This document shows positions 35,153 through 44,984 of a stretch of 64,000 nt of DNA, in pieces. The notes beneath the pieces were generated by a model that searched no databases, was not told the origin of the DNA, and saw only the letters and a list, made by a program, of their open reading frames with translations. Positions within the stretch are counted from its first letter, which is position 1; each line of letters opens with the position of its first letter. The stretch lies in contig JAWXUC010000001.1 in NCBI GenBank assembly GCA_044432975.1, forward strand, positions 212,604 to 276,603, written 5' to 3'. The stretch comes from Alphaproteobacteria bacterium (GTDB taxonomy: Bacteria; Pseudomonadota; Alphaproteobacteria; RF32; CAG-239). A program made the translations under genes and the position numbers.

Positions 35153-35685
35153 AGATTTTCACCTTTCATAAGTTTTTCAAAATTTTTAATTTTACCCAAC
35201 ACAGAAGCATCAAGCATTTGAGAGTTGTACTTAATCACCAAACCACCCAAAATATCTGTATCAATAGCATTTTTTATAATTATTTCTTGCCCCAATTTAG
35301 AAACAAGTTTTTTTTCTAATTCTTTTAATTGCTTCTCTTTAAGAGCGTAAGTAGAAACAACGTCAACCACAATGATATTCTTTTGTTTATAATATAAAGA
35401 AACAAACTCTTCTAAAATCTCTTTAATATTTGCACTACGATTATTTTCTGTAACCACCAAAATAGAATCTTTTACTTCTTGAGACAATTTCAAACTTTCA
35501 ACAACTTGTTTTTTTATTGATAAATCAACAATAGGATTTGATAAGAATTTTGTTAAATCATCATCTTTTTTCAAAGTCTCTAACAAATCTTGAATTTCAA
35601 CCAATATTTTATCATGATTTTTAACTGCATCAAATATCGCTGTCGCATAAACCGTTGCAATTTTTGTCTTAGATGTTTTTTTCAA
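35149..35685 (-). CDS. atpH: ATP synthase F1 delta subunit (OSCP)
   Basis: 178 aa, the first gene of the operon, overlapping atpA by 4 nt. Confidence 0.8.
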   Translation of the reverse strand: MKKTSKTKIATVYATAIFDAVKNHDKILVEIQDLLETLKKDDDLTKFLSNPIVDLSIKKQVVESLKLSQEVKDSILVVTENNRSANIKEILEEFVSLYYKQKNIIVVDVVSTYALKEKQLKELEKKLVSKLGQEIIIKNAIDTDILGGLVIKYNSQMLDASVLGKIKNFEKLMKGENL

Positions 35686-35766
35686 AGTCGATTCCTCTTA
35701 TAATTTAGTCCAATTATAGATTCAAATTTATTATAAAAGAGTTAATGAATAAAAATTAATAAAAAA

Positions 35767-35788
35767 AAGCCACCTAAAAAGGTGGCTT
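35767..35788. terminator. Hairpin terminator (AAGCCACCT-AAAAA-GGTGGCTT) downstream of the 35811-38033 gene
   Basis: It is a perfect stem with a minus-strand T-run. Confidence 0.5.
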
Positions 35789-35810
35789 CTTGAGCAATAA
35801 ATGCTCTGCA

Positions 35811-38033
35811 TCATCTCTGATTTAAATCCTTCATCATCTTTAACTTAGTAGGATCTATAGAGGTTTTTTGAGTTTCAGGAGCTGCAACATTTGGATGCTC
35901 CTCCCTAACTCTATTTTTCATAGCCTCAAGCCTAGACTTTCTAGCCTCATCACCAGTAGACTCGTTATCTTTTTCAGGAGCTACCATTTTCAACTTACTA
36001 GGATCACTCAAATCAATTTGAGCTTGAGGAGCCGCAACGTTAGGATGCTCTTCCCTAATACTTCCTTTCATGGCCTCAAGTCTAGCTCTTCTATCCTCAT
36101 TACTAATAGTTTCCTTTTCTTTTTCAGGCATTACCATTCTCAACTTACTAGGATCACTCAAGTCAATTTGTGATTGAGGAGCAGCAACATTAGGATGCTC
36201 TTCCCTAATTTTTGCTTTCATAGCCTCCTTAGCTTCTTTTTCTTTATCTACTACTGGCTCATTAATATTCATCGCTTCTTTTGGTTTTTCAACACCATTA
36301 ATATAAACGGCTAGGTCTGCCTTTCTTGCATATTCTTCCATTTTTGCAATAAACTCGGGAGAAGATTTTTCAGGATTTAAGTTAATACCTTTCATTCCTC
36401 TCTCAAAAGCATTTTGCATAAATTTTTCAAAATATTTATCATTATCAGGATTCTTAGGATCACAAGCAACCTTAGCTTTATTAGAGCTTGCATATTTAGC
36501 TTGAAAACTACCAGTACCATTACCTTCTTTATCTTTCATATCAATGCTTAAGCCTTCGGCACCAACTTTTTCTGTTACCAATTCTTGATCTTTTTCATCG
36601 CGAAGAGCTTCCCAACGTTTGATTTCAGCATCTCTCCAGTCTTCACCCTCTTGAGTATTATCATCACCGTCAAGTTCAACTTCATCACCTTCGCCCTCTT
36701 GGCCTCCATTTGTTGGAGGAGTTGGCTCTGGAGTTGGCTCTGGAGTTGGTTCTGGAGTTGGCTCTGGAGTTGGCTCTGGAGTTGGCTCTGGAGTTGGCTC
36801 TGGAGTTGGCTCTGGAGTTGGCTCTGGAGTTGGTTCTACTACAGGAGTAGTTACCTCTGCCACAGGAGTAGTAATTACTTGACCATCATCTTCAAGCCCT
36901 ACTTCATCAATATCAAGCATAGGTGTACCTACCTCAACAGCAGGCCCGTCTATCTCAGCTTCTTCTTTTTCATTTAATTTTTGTTCTTTCCATTTATCAA
37001 ATTCTTCTTTAATAAAAGCACCAACACCCATATCAGTTCCGTGTTCTACATGCTCATCAAAAAGTCTTTCAAATTCCTCCCTAGCAGCCTCTTCTCCTTC
37101 TTTACCAAAACCACTGTCTGCTAAAAATTCATTAAATAACTCTTGTTCTTTGTTATAGTTATCTATCTCTTCTTGTGATAACTCCTCAGAAGGTAAATCC
37201 TGAACTTCTTGCTCAACTACAGGATCTTGAGTCTCTTGCTCTACTACAGGATCAGGAACAGTTTGAACCCTAATCTCTGGTTCAAAATCAGTAAAACCTC
37301 TTACAGCATCAACTTGCTCTTGATAAGCCTCGTCTTCATACCAAGAATCATCAACAGCAACTACTTCTGGTTCTGCTTCGGGCTCTTTATTTTCAACAAC
37401 TGTTACTTCTGGTTCTTTATTTTCAACAACATCTTCTTTTTTCTTATCTTCTACAGGCTTCTCAGGAGCAACTTCTTTATTATCAAGCTCTTTTTCTGCT
37501 TTTAATTTATTTCTTTCACGATTAATTTCTTGGTTTAAGGTTACAAGCTCTTTTCTATATTTACCCATTTCTTTAGCTTTTGCATTTTTTTCTTGAGCTT
37601 TTGCCTGTTGTTTTTCAACCTGTGCTTTTCTAGCCAAAAGAGTCTCTAGCTTTTTAGATGTTAACTCTTCTTCTTTAGCCTTATCTTCAGCCTCTTTAAC
37701 TTCTTCTTTAGCAGGAGTTTCAGGAACTTCTGGTGTTTCAACACCTTCTTTTTTTGCAGCATCTCTAGCTTTTCTCTCTTTATCAGCCTCAACCCCAATA
37801 TCCAAAGCAAGCTCTTTCTCTGCAAGAGTATAATCATTAGAATCCATTATTTCATCAAAAGCCTTCTCATCTAATAACTGAGCCAATCTGCTATCAGAAT
37901 TAATATTAGCTTTATCTTTAGAAAATTTATCAGCCCAAGAATCAAAATCACCTAAATCTGTTCCGTCTTTGCTTTTCTCCATATAAATATCTTCTAAATA
38001 TTTCAATAAATCTGCTGACATTGCCATAACCAT
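35811..38033 (-). CDS. Large acidic low-complexity repeat protein (hypothetical)
   Basis: 740 aa with no signal peptide, very rich in E, D and K. It contains an (EPTP)n block and three ~45-aa C-terminal repeats of REEHPNVAAPQxQIDLSDPSKLKMV. The codon usage is consistent and a terminator follows. Confidence 0.6.
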   Translation of the reverse strand: MVMAMSADLLKYLEDIYMEKSKDGTDLGDFDSWADKFSKDKANINSDSRLAQLLDEKAFDEIMDSNDYTLAEKELALDIGVEADKERKARDAAKKEGVETPEVPETPAKEEVKEAEDKAKEEELTSKKLETLLARKAQVEKQQAKAQEKNAKAKEMGKYRKELVTLNQEINRERNKLKAEKELDNKEVAPEKPVEDKKKEDVVENKEPEVTVVENKEPEAEPEVVAVDDSWYEDEAYQEQVDAVRGFTDFEPEIRVQTVPDPVVEQETQDPVVEQEVQDLPSEELSQEEIDNYNKEQELFNEFLADSGFGKEGEEAAREEFERLFDEHVEHGTDMGVGAFIKEEFDKWKEQKLNEKEEAEIDGPAVEVGTPMLDIDEVGLEDDGQVITTPVAEVTTPVVEPTPEPTPEPTPEPTPEPTPEPTPEPTPEPTPEPTPEPTPPTNGGQEGEGDEVELDGDDNTQEGEDWRDAEIKRWEALRDEKDQELVTEKVGAEGLSIDMKDKEGNGTGSFQAKYASSNKAKVACDPKNPDNDKYFEKFMQNAFERGMKGINLNPEKSSPEFIAKMEEYARKADLAVYINGVEKPKEAMNINEPVVDKEKEAKEAMKAKIREEHPNVAAPQSQIDLSDPSKLRMVMPEKEKETISNEDRRARLEAMKGSIREEHPNVAAPQAQIDLSDPSKLKMVAPEKDNESTGDEARKSRLEAMKNRVREEHPNVAAPETQKTSIDPTKLKMMKDLNQR
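36718..36838. repeat. Tandem 12-bp repeat (GGAGTTGGCTCT, ~10 copies) encoding (PEPT)n
   Basis: The array is a near-perfect direct tandem. The opposite-strand ORF reading (WSWLWS)n is an artefact. Confidence 0.85.
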
Positions 38034-38309
38034 TCTCCTGAAAAAACATATAATTTAAAACTATAATATCATAAAATTAACATAAAGTAAAGAACAAAAA
38101 TTGACAAAAAAAACAAGAACCCTTAAAAGGTTTTACGATTAAACATTCTATAAGCATCTATTTACTACATTACTAGTAATATAGTAATCACATTAACAAC
38201 ACACCACCTATTCTAAAATAATAAAAAGATAAAAGCATCACATCTCTTGACATAACCTATATTTTATATTAAAAAAGCAAGGTTAATTAATTTTCAAGGA
38301 AAATGCAAA

Positions 38310-40928
38310 ATGTTAGATAAAAATTTTAATCCTCAAGAGGCTGAGGCAAAAATTAGCCAACAATGGCTAGATAAAAAATTATTCAAATGTAATCCAGATT
38401 CAAACAAGCCTGCATTTTCTGTCATTATTCCACCACCAAATGTTACTGGCAACTTACACATTGGCCATGCCCTAAACAACTCTATTCAAGATTGCCTATG
38501 CCGTTATAAAAGAATGGCAGGCTTTGATGTTTTATGGCAACCTGGCACAGATCATGCTGGTATCGCAACCCAAATGGTTGTTGAACGCAATTTAGCAAAA
38601 GAAGGAATTTCTCGCCACGACTTAGGACGAGAAAAATTTGTTGAAAAAATTTGGGAATGGAAAGCCCATTCTGGCGGCCAAATCATCAATCAATTAAAAA
38701 GATTAGGCTCTTCTTGCGATTGGGATAGAGAACGCTTTACAATGGACGAAGGCTTGTCAAAAGCCGTATTAAAAGTATTTACAACCTTATTCAAAGACGG
38801 ACTCATTTATAAAGACAAAAGATTAGTAAACTGGGATTGTCAATTACAAACCGCCGTTTCTGATTTAGAAGTTATTCAAAAAGAAACCGTTGGTAAAATG
38901 TGGTATATGAAATATATGGTAGAAAATTCTGATGAATTTATTATTGTTGCCACAACCCGTCCAGAAACATTTTTTGGCGATACTGCCGTTGCAGTTAATG
39001 CTGAAGATCCAAGATACAAACACCTTATTGGCAAAAACGTAATGTTGCCAATCATCAATAAACCTATTCCTGTTATTGCAGATGAACATGCAGATCCAGA
39101 AAAAGGTACTGGTGCCGTAAAAATCACCCCTGCTCATGACTTTAACGACTTTGAAGTTGGCAAACGTCATAACTTACCATTAATAAATATCTTAACCAAA
39201 GAAGCTTTATTAAATGAAAATGTTCCTCAAAAATATCAAGGCTTAACTCCTTTAGAGGCTCGTCCTTTAGTATTGCAAGAAATTAAAGATTTAGGACTAT
39301 ATGTAAAAGAAGAAGACAACGCAATGGTTATCCCTTACGGAGACAGAAGCAACGTTATTATTGAGCCTTGGTTGACCGACCAATGGTTTGTAGATGCTAA
39401 AAAATTAGCGATTCCAGCAATAGAAGCCGTAAAATCTGGCAAAACAAACTTTGTGCCAAAACAATGGGAAAACACTTATTTTGAATGGATGAACAATATT
39501 CAACCATGGTGTATTTCTCGTCAACTTTGGTGGGGACATCAAGTTCCTGTTTGGTACGGTCCAGATGAACATATGTTCTGCGAAGAAACAAAAGAATTAG
39601 CTCAAAAAGTAGCAAACACTCATTATGGTAAAGAAGTAGAATTACGTCGTGACACAGACGTTTTAGACACTTGGTTTTCTTCAGGGCTTTGGGCTTTTTC
39701 AACCCTTGGTTGGCCAAAAGAAACTACAGAACTACACAAATATTACCCAACATCTGCACTAGTAACTGCATTTGATATTATATTCTTCTGGGTTGCTAGA
39801 ATGATGATGATGAGCATGTATTTCCAAAAAGAAGTGCCTTTCAAAGATATTTATATTCACGGTCTTGTTAGAGATGAACATGGTCAAAAAATGAGTAAAT
39901 CAAAAGGTAATGGTATTGACCCACTAACAATTATTGACAAATTTGGCGCCGATCCTTTGCGTTTTGCATTATTATCTCAAGCTGGCCATGGCAGAGATGT
40001 TTTAATGGGAGAAAAATTAGTTGAAGAAAACAGAAACTTTGTTACAAAAATTTGGAATTCTGTTAGATTCTGCGAAATGAACAATTGTGTTTATGATGCA
40101 AACTTTGACTTATCTTCTATTAAATTAGACATTAATAAATGGATGCTAACAAAACTTTCTGATAGTGCTAAAAAAATTGGCAAAAACATTGAAGAATATT
40201 CATTTAACGATGCCTCAAAAGAACTTTATCACTTCATCTGGTCAAATTTCTGCGACTGGTACTTAGAAGCTATTAAACCAATTTTCTACGGTGATGATGA
40301 AGCATTAAAAGCCGAAACATCTAAAGTAGCTGGCTTTGTGGTTAGAGAAATGTTAAAACTAATCTCTCCATTTATGCCATTTGTTGCTCAAGAACTGTGG
40401 TCTCAATTAGGAAATAATGACAATATGATAATGCAAGAATCTTGGACATCTATTGAAGCTTTAGAAAATCAAGCAACATTTAATAATGTAGAATGGTTGT
40501 TTGAATTTATTGGTTCAATAAGAGCTTTACGTCAAGAATCTAAAATACCTGCTGGAGCAAAAATTAAACTTTGCTTATCAGATATTAAAAATGCAGAAAA
40601 ATCTATTATAGAAAACAATACAAACATTATTCAATTTTTGGCTCGTGTTGAAAATATTGAATATGTAGATACAAAAATAGAAAACTGTGTTGCTTCTGTA
40701 ATGGGCGACTTCAGCTTTATGATTCCTCTAGAAGGTTTGATTGATGTTGAAAAAGAAAGGCTAAGAATAGCTGCAGAAAAAGAAAAAATAAATGCAGTTA
40801 TTGCCAAATTGAAAGTTCAACTAGACAACCCTAATTTTGTAAACAATGCCCCCAAAGCAGTTGTTGAAAAAAATCAACAAGCGCTAGCCGAGGCAATGGA
40901 ATCTCTAAAGAAATTAGAAGCTATTTAG
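38310..40928 (+). CDS. valS: Valine--tRNA ligase
   Basis: It has the HIGH motif (NVTGNLHIGHA), the KMSKS motif, an editing domain and a C-terminal coiled coil. Confidence 0.95.
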   Translation: MLDKNFNPQEAEAKISQQWLDKKLFKCNPDSNKPAFSVIIPPPNVTGNLHIGHALNNSIQDCLCRYKRMAGFDVLWQPGTDHAGIATQMVVERNLAKEGISRHDLGREKFVEKIWEWKAHSGGQIINQLKRLGSSCDWDRERFTMDEGLSKAVLKVFTTLFKDGLIYKDKRLVNWDCQLQTAVSDLEVIQKETVGKMWYMKYMVENSDEFIIVATTRPETFFGDTAVAVNAEDPRYKHLIGKNVMLPIINKPIPVIADEHADPEKGTGAVKITPAHDFNDFEVGKRHNLPLINILTKEALLNENVPQKYQGLTPLEARPLVLQEIKDLGLYVKEEDNAMVIPYGDRSNVIIEPWLTDQWFVDAKKLAIPAIEAVKSGKTNFVPKQWENTYFEWMNNIQPWCISRQLWWGHQVPVWYGPDEHMFCEETKELAQKVANTHYGKEVELRRDTDVLDTWFSSGLWAFSTLGWPKETTELHKYYPTSALVTAFDIIFFWVARMMMMSMYFQKEVPFKDIYIHGLVRDEHGQKMSKSKGNGIDPLTIIDKFGADPLRFALLSQAGHGRDVLMGEKLVEENRNFVTKIWNSVRFCEMNNCVYDANFDLSSIKLDINKWMLTKLSDSAKKIGKNIEEYSFNDASKELYHFIWSNFCDWYLEAIKPIFYGDDEALKAETSKVAGFVVREMLKLISPFMPFVAQELWSQLGNNDNMIMQESWTSIEALENQATFNNVEWLFEFIGSIRALRQESKIPAGAKIKLCLSDIKNAEKSIIENNTNIIQFLARVENIEYVDTKIENCVASVMGDFSFMIPLEGLIDVEKERLRIAAEKEKINAVIAKLKVQLDNPNFVNNAPKAVVEKNQQALAEAMESLKKLEAI

Positions 40929-40938
40929 TCAAAGCATA

Positions 40939-40966
40939 AAAAGAGCGTTGAAATTTCAACGCTCTT
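40939..40966 (+). terminator. Intrinsic terminator of valS
   Basis: It consists of the hairpin AAAGAGCGTTGAAATTTCAACGCTCTTT plus a T-rich tail. Confidence 0.55.
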
Positions 40967-40988
40967 TATTTATATGCAAAATAAACTA

Positions 40989-41834
40989 TTATTTAATTTC
41001 TTGAACTTTTTCTAATAACCCTTCCCAGTTGCGTTGATTATCCATATCAAACTGCATTTGTTTTTCATCAGCAATTTGAAAACGCTTAACCCCTGGGGTG
41101 TGGCTTGTTGCTTGATACAACCAATAAGCTTCTGCTTTTAGGGCTTCTTCAATTGGTTTATCAATAGATTCATAAACCATTTGCTTACAAGCATTAATAG
41201 ACTCTGCAGGAAACATTGCAATACGTTTTGCTAAAGCATCTACATAAGCATCAATTTCATCTGCATCAAAAGCTTTATTAATTGTACCATAAGCTTCTGC
41301 TTCATCAGCACTAAAATCTCTACCACTTAAGATGATTTCTAAAGCTCTACCCAAACCTGTTTGACGAGCCATTCTAGATGTTCCACCACCACAAGGTAAA
41401 ATGCCCATTCCAACTTCCATTTGCATAAATTTATATTTGCCACGCACCGCAAAACGCATATCACAAGCAAGAGCAAATTCATGACCGCCACCACGAGCAA
41501 AACCTTCTAGTTTTGCAATTGTTGCTTGTGGAAGCTTGCTAATTCTTTCAAGAACAAGTTGCAAATCTAAACATTTTGCTTCATCACGAGAAACCGCTTC
41601 AATAGACATATCTTTTAATAAATATGTGTCATAATGTGCTACCCAAATTTCTGGATTTGCAGATTGAAAAACAACAACCTTAACGCTTCTGTCTCTCTCT
41701 AATAAAATTGCTAAAGTGTTTAAGTCTACCATCATCTCCAAACCTTGAATATTCACAGGCGGATAATCAAAAGTAACAGTTAAAATTGCACCATCTAATT
41801 TAGTTTTAAACGTAGTAAATTTATCATAATCCAT
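40989..41834 (-). CDS. Enoyl-CoA hydratase/isomerase (crotonase) family protein
   Basis: It has the crotonase fold and an oxyanion-hole region (FARGGGHEFALACDMRF). Confidence 0.8.
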   Translation of the reverse strand: MDYDKFTTFKTKLDGAILTVTFDYPPVNIQGLEMMVDLNTLAILLERDRSVKVVVFQSANPEIWVAHYDTYLLKDMSIEAVSRDEAKCLDLQLVLERISKLPQATIAKLEGFARGGGHEFALACDMRFAVRGKYKFMQMEVGMGILPCGGGTSRMARQTGLGRALEIILSGRDFSADEAEAYGTINKAFDADEIDAYVDALAKRIAMFPAESINACKQMVYESIDKPIEEALKAEAYWLYQATSHTPGVKRFQIADEKQMQFDMDNQRNWEGLLEKVQEIK

Positions 41835-41944
41835 AAGTTCTCTCCTTTTTTTAATTTAGAACTTAGATATATCCTCAATCATAACAATTACAATATAACC
41901 TTAAGTTATCCTCCCAAACAATCATAACTATAACTAACAAATAT

Positions 41945-41987
41945 TACCAATAACGTCATACGTTAAACGTAATACGTTATTGGTAAT
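41945..41987. repeat. Palindromic element, family 2, second copy (13-bp perfect outer arms, ACGTTAAACGT core)
   Basis: The sequence is TTACCAATAACGT-CATACGTTAAACGTAAT-ACGTTATTGGTAA. Confidence 0.5.
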
Positions 41988-42032
41988 TAACAACAAAACA
42001 CTATTTCTCAAAAGACAATATATCTCCAGGGC

Positions 42033-42110
42033 TCTCATCGCGTGCTACTTACCAACAAAAAACCCCTGCTTTCAGCAGAGGATTTTTGTTGGTAGGCGCA
42101 CGGGGATTGA
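42033..42110. repeat. Direct repeat copy A of a tRNA-3'-end-like att sequence plus hairpin (78 bp)
   Basis: It shares ~75 of 78 identical nt with 42191-42273. On the minus strand the T-arm of the tRNA-like part is split by a 74-nt GC-rich insert. Confidence 0.6.
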
Positions 42111-42190
42111 CTTCGTCGTCCTTTGTTCATTCGCTTCGCTCACCGCCACACTTCCGTGTGGCTTTCACTGCAGTCTCGAACCCCTTTCTT

Positions 42191-42273
42191 CCGTGGTTCT
42201 CATCGCGTGCTACTTACCAACAAAAAACCTCTGCTTTCAGCAGAGGATTTTTATTGGTAGGCGCACGGGGATT
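42191..42273. repeat. Direct repeat copy B of the tRNA-3'-end-like att sequence
   Basis: See copy A. Here the tRNA-like 3' end is uninterrupted. Confidence 0.6.
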
Positions 42274-42291
42274 CGAACCCCGGACCCACTG
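42255..42291 (-). pseudogene. tRNA 3' fragment (variable loop, T-arm, acceptor 3' strand, CCA) followed by a terminator hairpin; putative attachment-site remnant
   Basis: The minus strand reads AGTGGGTC-CGGGG-TTCGAAT-CCCCG-TGCGCCT-A-CCA. No matching 5' acceptor strand (AGGCGCA), D-arm or anticodon arm was found within 150 nt upstream. The hairpin CCTCTGCTGAAAGCAGAGG plus a T-run follows. Confidence 0.5.
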
Positions 42292-42573
42292 ATTAAGAGT
42301 TATATAGCCTGTAAGAAAATACATAGCAATTTTAGATAGTTAAACCCTCTCAAAAATCCATCCATAAAAATTTTCCGAGTTTTTTCCGAGTTTTTGATAA
42401 AACCCGAACATAAATTATTTTTCAAAAAAATATAGGTGTATTAAAGTGCCTTTGTTAGTATCGGCTAATATTTTGCTGTATTTTGGTGTATTTAGTGGTC
42501 TCTTTTAGTGCTGAAAGTTAAAACGTTCTACTGTACTCTCTTAATTGTATTTAATTGAAATTTGGAGAATATT

Positions 42574-42810
42574 ATGCAAAAAAAATATATTAACACAAAA
42601 GAATTATCCGAGTATTTAGGGCTTGCTGTTTCTACATTAGCAACATTTCGCTCTGACGATAAAGGACCCCCATATAAAAAGATTGGTAGACTTGTCCGCT
42701 ATAATGTAGATGAAGTTGAAACTTGGTTGGAAGAAAATCAACAATATTTACAGAAATCGCTGGACAATCACGACAACATACCTAAGCTGAACATAATAAA
42801 AATCCATTAG
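42574..42810 (+). CDS. AlpA/excisionase-like HTH DNA-binding protein
   Basis: The sequence INTKELSEYLGLAVSTLATFRSDDKGPPYKKIGRLVRYNVDEVETWL fits the AlpA pattern. The ATG at 42574 is preceded by GGAGA; the TTG at 42562 used by the ORF track is less likely. Confidence 0.65.
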   Translation: MQKKYINTKELSEYLGLAVSTLATFRSDDKGPPYKKIGRLVRYNVDEVETWLEENQQYLQKSLDNHDNIPKLNIIKIH

Positions 42811-42832
42811 AAACAATGCGAAAGGATATATT

Positions 42833-44080
42833 ATGACACAGCGAGTAAAGAAAAAAATAACTCCCGAAGTTTTAGATAATTTTCTTAAAGGGCAAGAAGA
42901 CATCAAAGTCAAAGATACAGAAATATCTGGCTTCTATGTTTGGTATTATGCTGTCAGCGGGCGAAAAACATTTTTTATGCGTTATTATGCAAAAGAAGAG
43001 AAAAAAGAAAGAAACATCAAAATCGGCTGTTATCCAGACATTAGATTAAAAGAAGCAAGGGAAATTGCTTATGAATATAAATCAAGCGTTATCCGTGGTG
43101 GCAATCCAGTTGTAGAGATAAAACAACAACAAGAGGACGCTTACCAAGAAAAAGCCAATAATCTAAAAGTTAAAGTTGTTTTGCAAGAGTATTTAACTGA
43201 ATATACTGCTAGATATAACAAACCTCGCACATTAGAAATTCAAAAAGGTATTATAAAACGTTTTATAAACAAAGAAATTGGTAATATTTTTATCAAAGAA
43301 TTAAAACTATTAGATATAAATAAGCTTGTTTCAAAAGTAGGAGCTAAAACTCCTGCTCAAGCCAATCAATGCAAAGCCTTACTTTCTTGTTTTTTAAATT
43401 GGTGCGAAGATTATGGATATAGAGAGCTAAACTCAAATCCCTGCAGAAAAATAAAAAAGTTTAAATTGAAAGTTAGAGATAGAGTTTTATCGTTTGAAGA
43501 ATATGGACGTTTATTTGACGCAATAGAAAAAGGCAAAGAATATGATATATACGCCTCATCTTCCTTTGATATAATTAAATTTTTAGCTATTACAGGCTGT
43601 CGCTTATCAGAAGCCAAAGACTTAAAATGGGTTGAAGTTGATTTTAATAATAGCTTATTAAGATTATTAGATAGCAAAACGGGAGAAAAAGCCGTTCCAA
43701 TAGGCAATGAAGCACTTAATATATTAAAGGAAGCTTATAAGAAAAAGTCCTGTGAATACGTTTTTCCCTCTTCAAAACACGCTGGGCAACCATTCTTTGA
43801 TGTAAGAAGACCATGGTTCTTTATTAGAAAAGAGGCAAAACTAGATGGGCTTAGAATACACGACCTCCGCCATTCATTTGCAACCGCTGGCAGTATGATG
43901 GGCGAGAATATCGCAGTTATAGGAAGTGTTTTAGGGCATAGGCAAATATCAACAACACAAAGATATACCCATATAAATAACATTGCAGGAATAGAAGTTG
44001 CCAATAAGATTTCAAGCAAAATCATACAGATGTCTAAGCAATATTCCGAAGATTGCAATTTATTAGTCGCAAATGCTTAA
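42833..44080 (+). CDS. int: Tyrosine recombinase / phage integrase
   Basis: 415 aa whose C-terminal catalytic domain carries R...HDLRHSFAT...RYTH (catalytic Tyr). It lies adjacent to the tRNA-like att repeats. Confidence 0.9.
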   Translation: MTQRVKKKITPEVLDNFLKGQEDIKVKDTEISGFYVWYYAVSGRKTFFMRYYAKEEKKERNIKIGCYPDIRLKEAREIAYEYKSSVIRGGNPVVEIKQQQEDAYQEKANNLKVKVVLQEYLTEYTARYNKPRTLEIQKGIIKRFINKEIGNIFIKELKLLDINKLVSKVGAKTPAQANQCKALLSCFLNWCEDYGYRELNSNPCRKIKKFKLKVRDRVLSFEEYGRLFDAIEKGKEYDIYASSSFDIIKFLAITGCRLSEAKDLKWVEVDFNNSLLRLLDSKTGEKAVPIGNEALNILKEAYKKKSCEYVFPSSKHAGQPFFDVRRPWFFIRKEAKLDGLRIHDLRHSFATAGSMMGENIAVIGSVLGHRQISTTQRYTHINNIAGIEVANKISSKIIQMSKQYSEDCNLLVANA

Positions 44081-44198
44081 AAATGACAGATTTATTGAGT
44101 TTTTTCTGACATTTAGCTGGACATTAACGACAATCTCCTTAACATAATACACAAGGGCTAAGGCTTTGTAAAACAATAAAAAACATAGGAGAGCGCAC

Positions 44199-44561
44199 AT
44201 GAGCGAACTAGCATTTGAAATAGAAGAAATTGATGTAGAAAAAGTAAAATCATTAAACGATAGTTTTCGCAGAGAGATATATAACAGCAAATTGGGGCTT
44301 TTACATTATACACCAATGGTTAGTGCCTTAAACGATGAAGACCGATTCGAGCTAACAAGCCTCGTTCAACAGTTTGAAGATTTTAATGAAGACAATGACC
44401 CTTATGGCGAACACGACTTTGGCAAGATTGATTTTAGAGGGGAAAGCTATTTTTTCAAAATTGATTATTACGATAACGCCTTAAAATATCACTCGCCTGA
44501 TAAAAGCAACCCAAAATTAACAAAAAGAGTTTTAACCCTAATGAACACACAGGAATATTAA
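44199..44561 (+). CDS. DUF3768-like small protein
   Basis: The motif DNDPYGEHDFGKIDF...FKIDYYD...SPD...LTKRVLTLM matches my recollection of the DUF3768 consensus. A strong RBS AGGAGA precedes it. Confidence 0.4.
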   Translation: MSELAFEIEEIDVEKVKSLNDSFRREIYNSKLGLLHYTPMVSALNDEDRFELTSLVQQFEDFNEDNDPYGEHDFGKIDFRGESYFFKIDYYDNALKYHSPDKSNPKLTKRVLTLMNTQEY

Positions 44562-44562
44562 G

Positions 44563-44982
44563 ATGACAACAAGATGTATCATAAAAATAAAAGGCTATTA
44601 TAATGGCAAAATTGACATATACCACCACGCAGACGGCTATCCCGATGGCGTTGGACTAGACCTATATAATAAAATCCAACCATTATTAGAAGAAAATATC
44701 GGGCGAATTGAGCAAGGGTATAGCCTCAAAAATAATTTTGGCACAATTATAGAAAGTGTTATGGGTATTGATAATGGTTATGAATTTACAGAAAATCGCC
44801 ATTTTGATATAGATTATATGTATATTATAGATATGAAAAAATCAACTATCCTCTGCCATGAGGGTTATTATGACGATGACGGCTTTAAGGTTGTTTGCAG
44901 GCACGATTTAGCCAAAGTTAAAGAACACGAAGAAAAACAACAACTATTACACCAACAACAAGAAGAGCAAAAAGGAGCTTAA
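44563..44982 (+). CDS. Hypothetical protein
   Basis: 139 aa with a Gln/Glu-rich tail, in tight spacing with its neighbours. Confidence 0.4.
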   Translation: MTTRCIIKIKGYYNGKIDIYHHADGYPDGVGLDLYNKIQPLLEENIGRIEQGYSLKNNFGTIIESVMGIDNGYEFTENRHFDIDYMYIIDMKKSTILCHEGYYDDDGFKVVCRHDLAKVKEHEEKQQLLHQQQEEQKGA

Positions 44983-44984
44983 CC

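Noticed and set aside
36718-36838. Regular 12-bp tandem array considered as a CRISPR-like or minisatellite feature
   Set aside because: The period is only 12 bp with no spacers, and it lies inside a coding sequence, where it encodes (PEPT)n. No CRISPR arrays are present in the window.
36585-36977. A plus-strand ORF encoding (WSWLWS)n opposite the acidic repeat protein
   Set aside because: It is the mirror reading of the 12-bp tandem repeat inside the well-supported minus-strand gene, so it is not a separate gene.
41980-42339. ORFs 41980-42339 and 42086-42292 overlapping the tRNA-like repeats
   Set aside because: They run across duplicated non-coding att-like repeats and terminator hairpins. 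They have no RBS and a biased nonsense composition.
42255-42340. A complete tRNA gene on the minus strand next to the integrase
   Set aside because: The T-arm, acceptor 3' strand and CCA are convincing. No complementary 5' acceptor strand (AGGCGCA), D-arm or anticodon stem could be folded from the adjacent 90 nt, so it is called a fragment.
42033-42345. Two-piece (permuted) alphaproteobacterial tmRNA gene
   Set aside because: A tRNA-like 3' end with a downstream structured region was suggestive. No tag reading frame resembling ANDN...LAA could be found in any frame, and the segment is duplicated like an att site.
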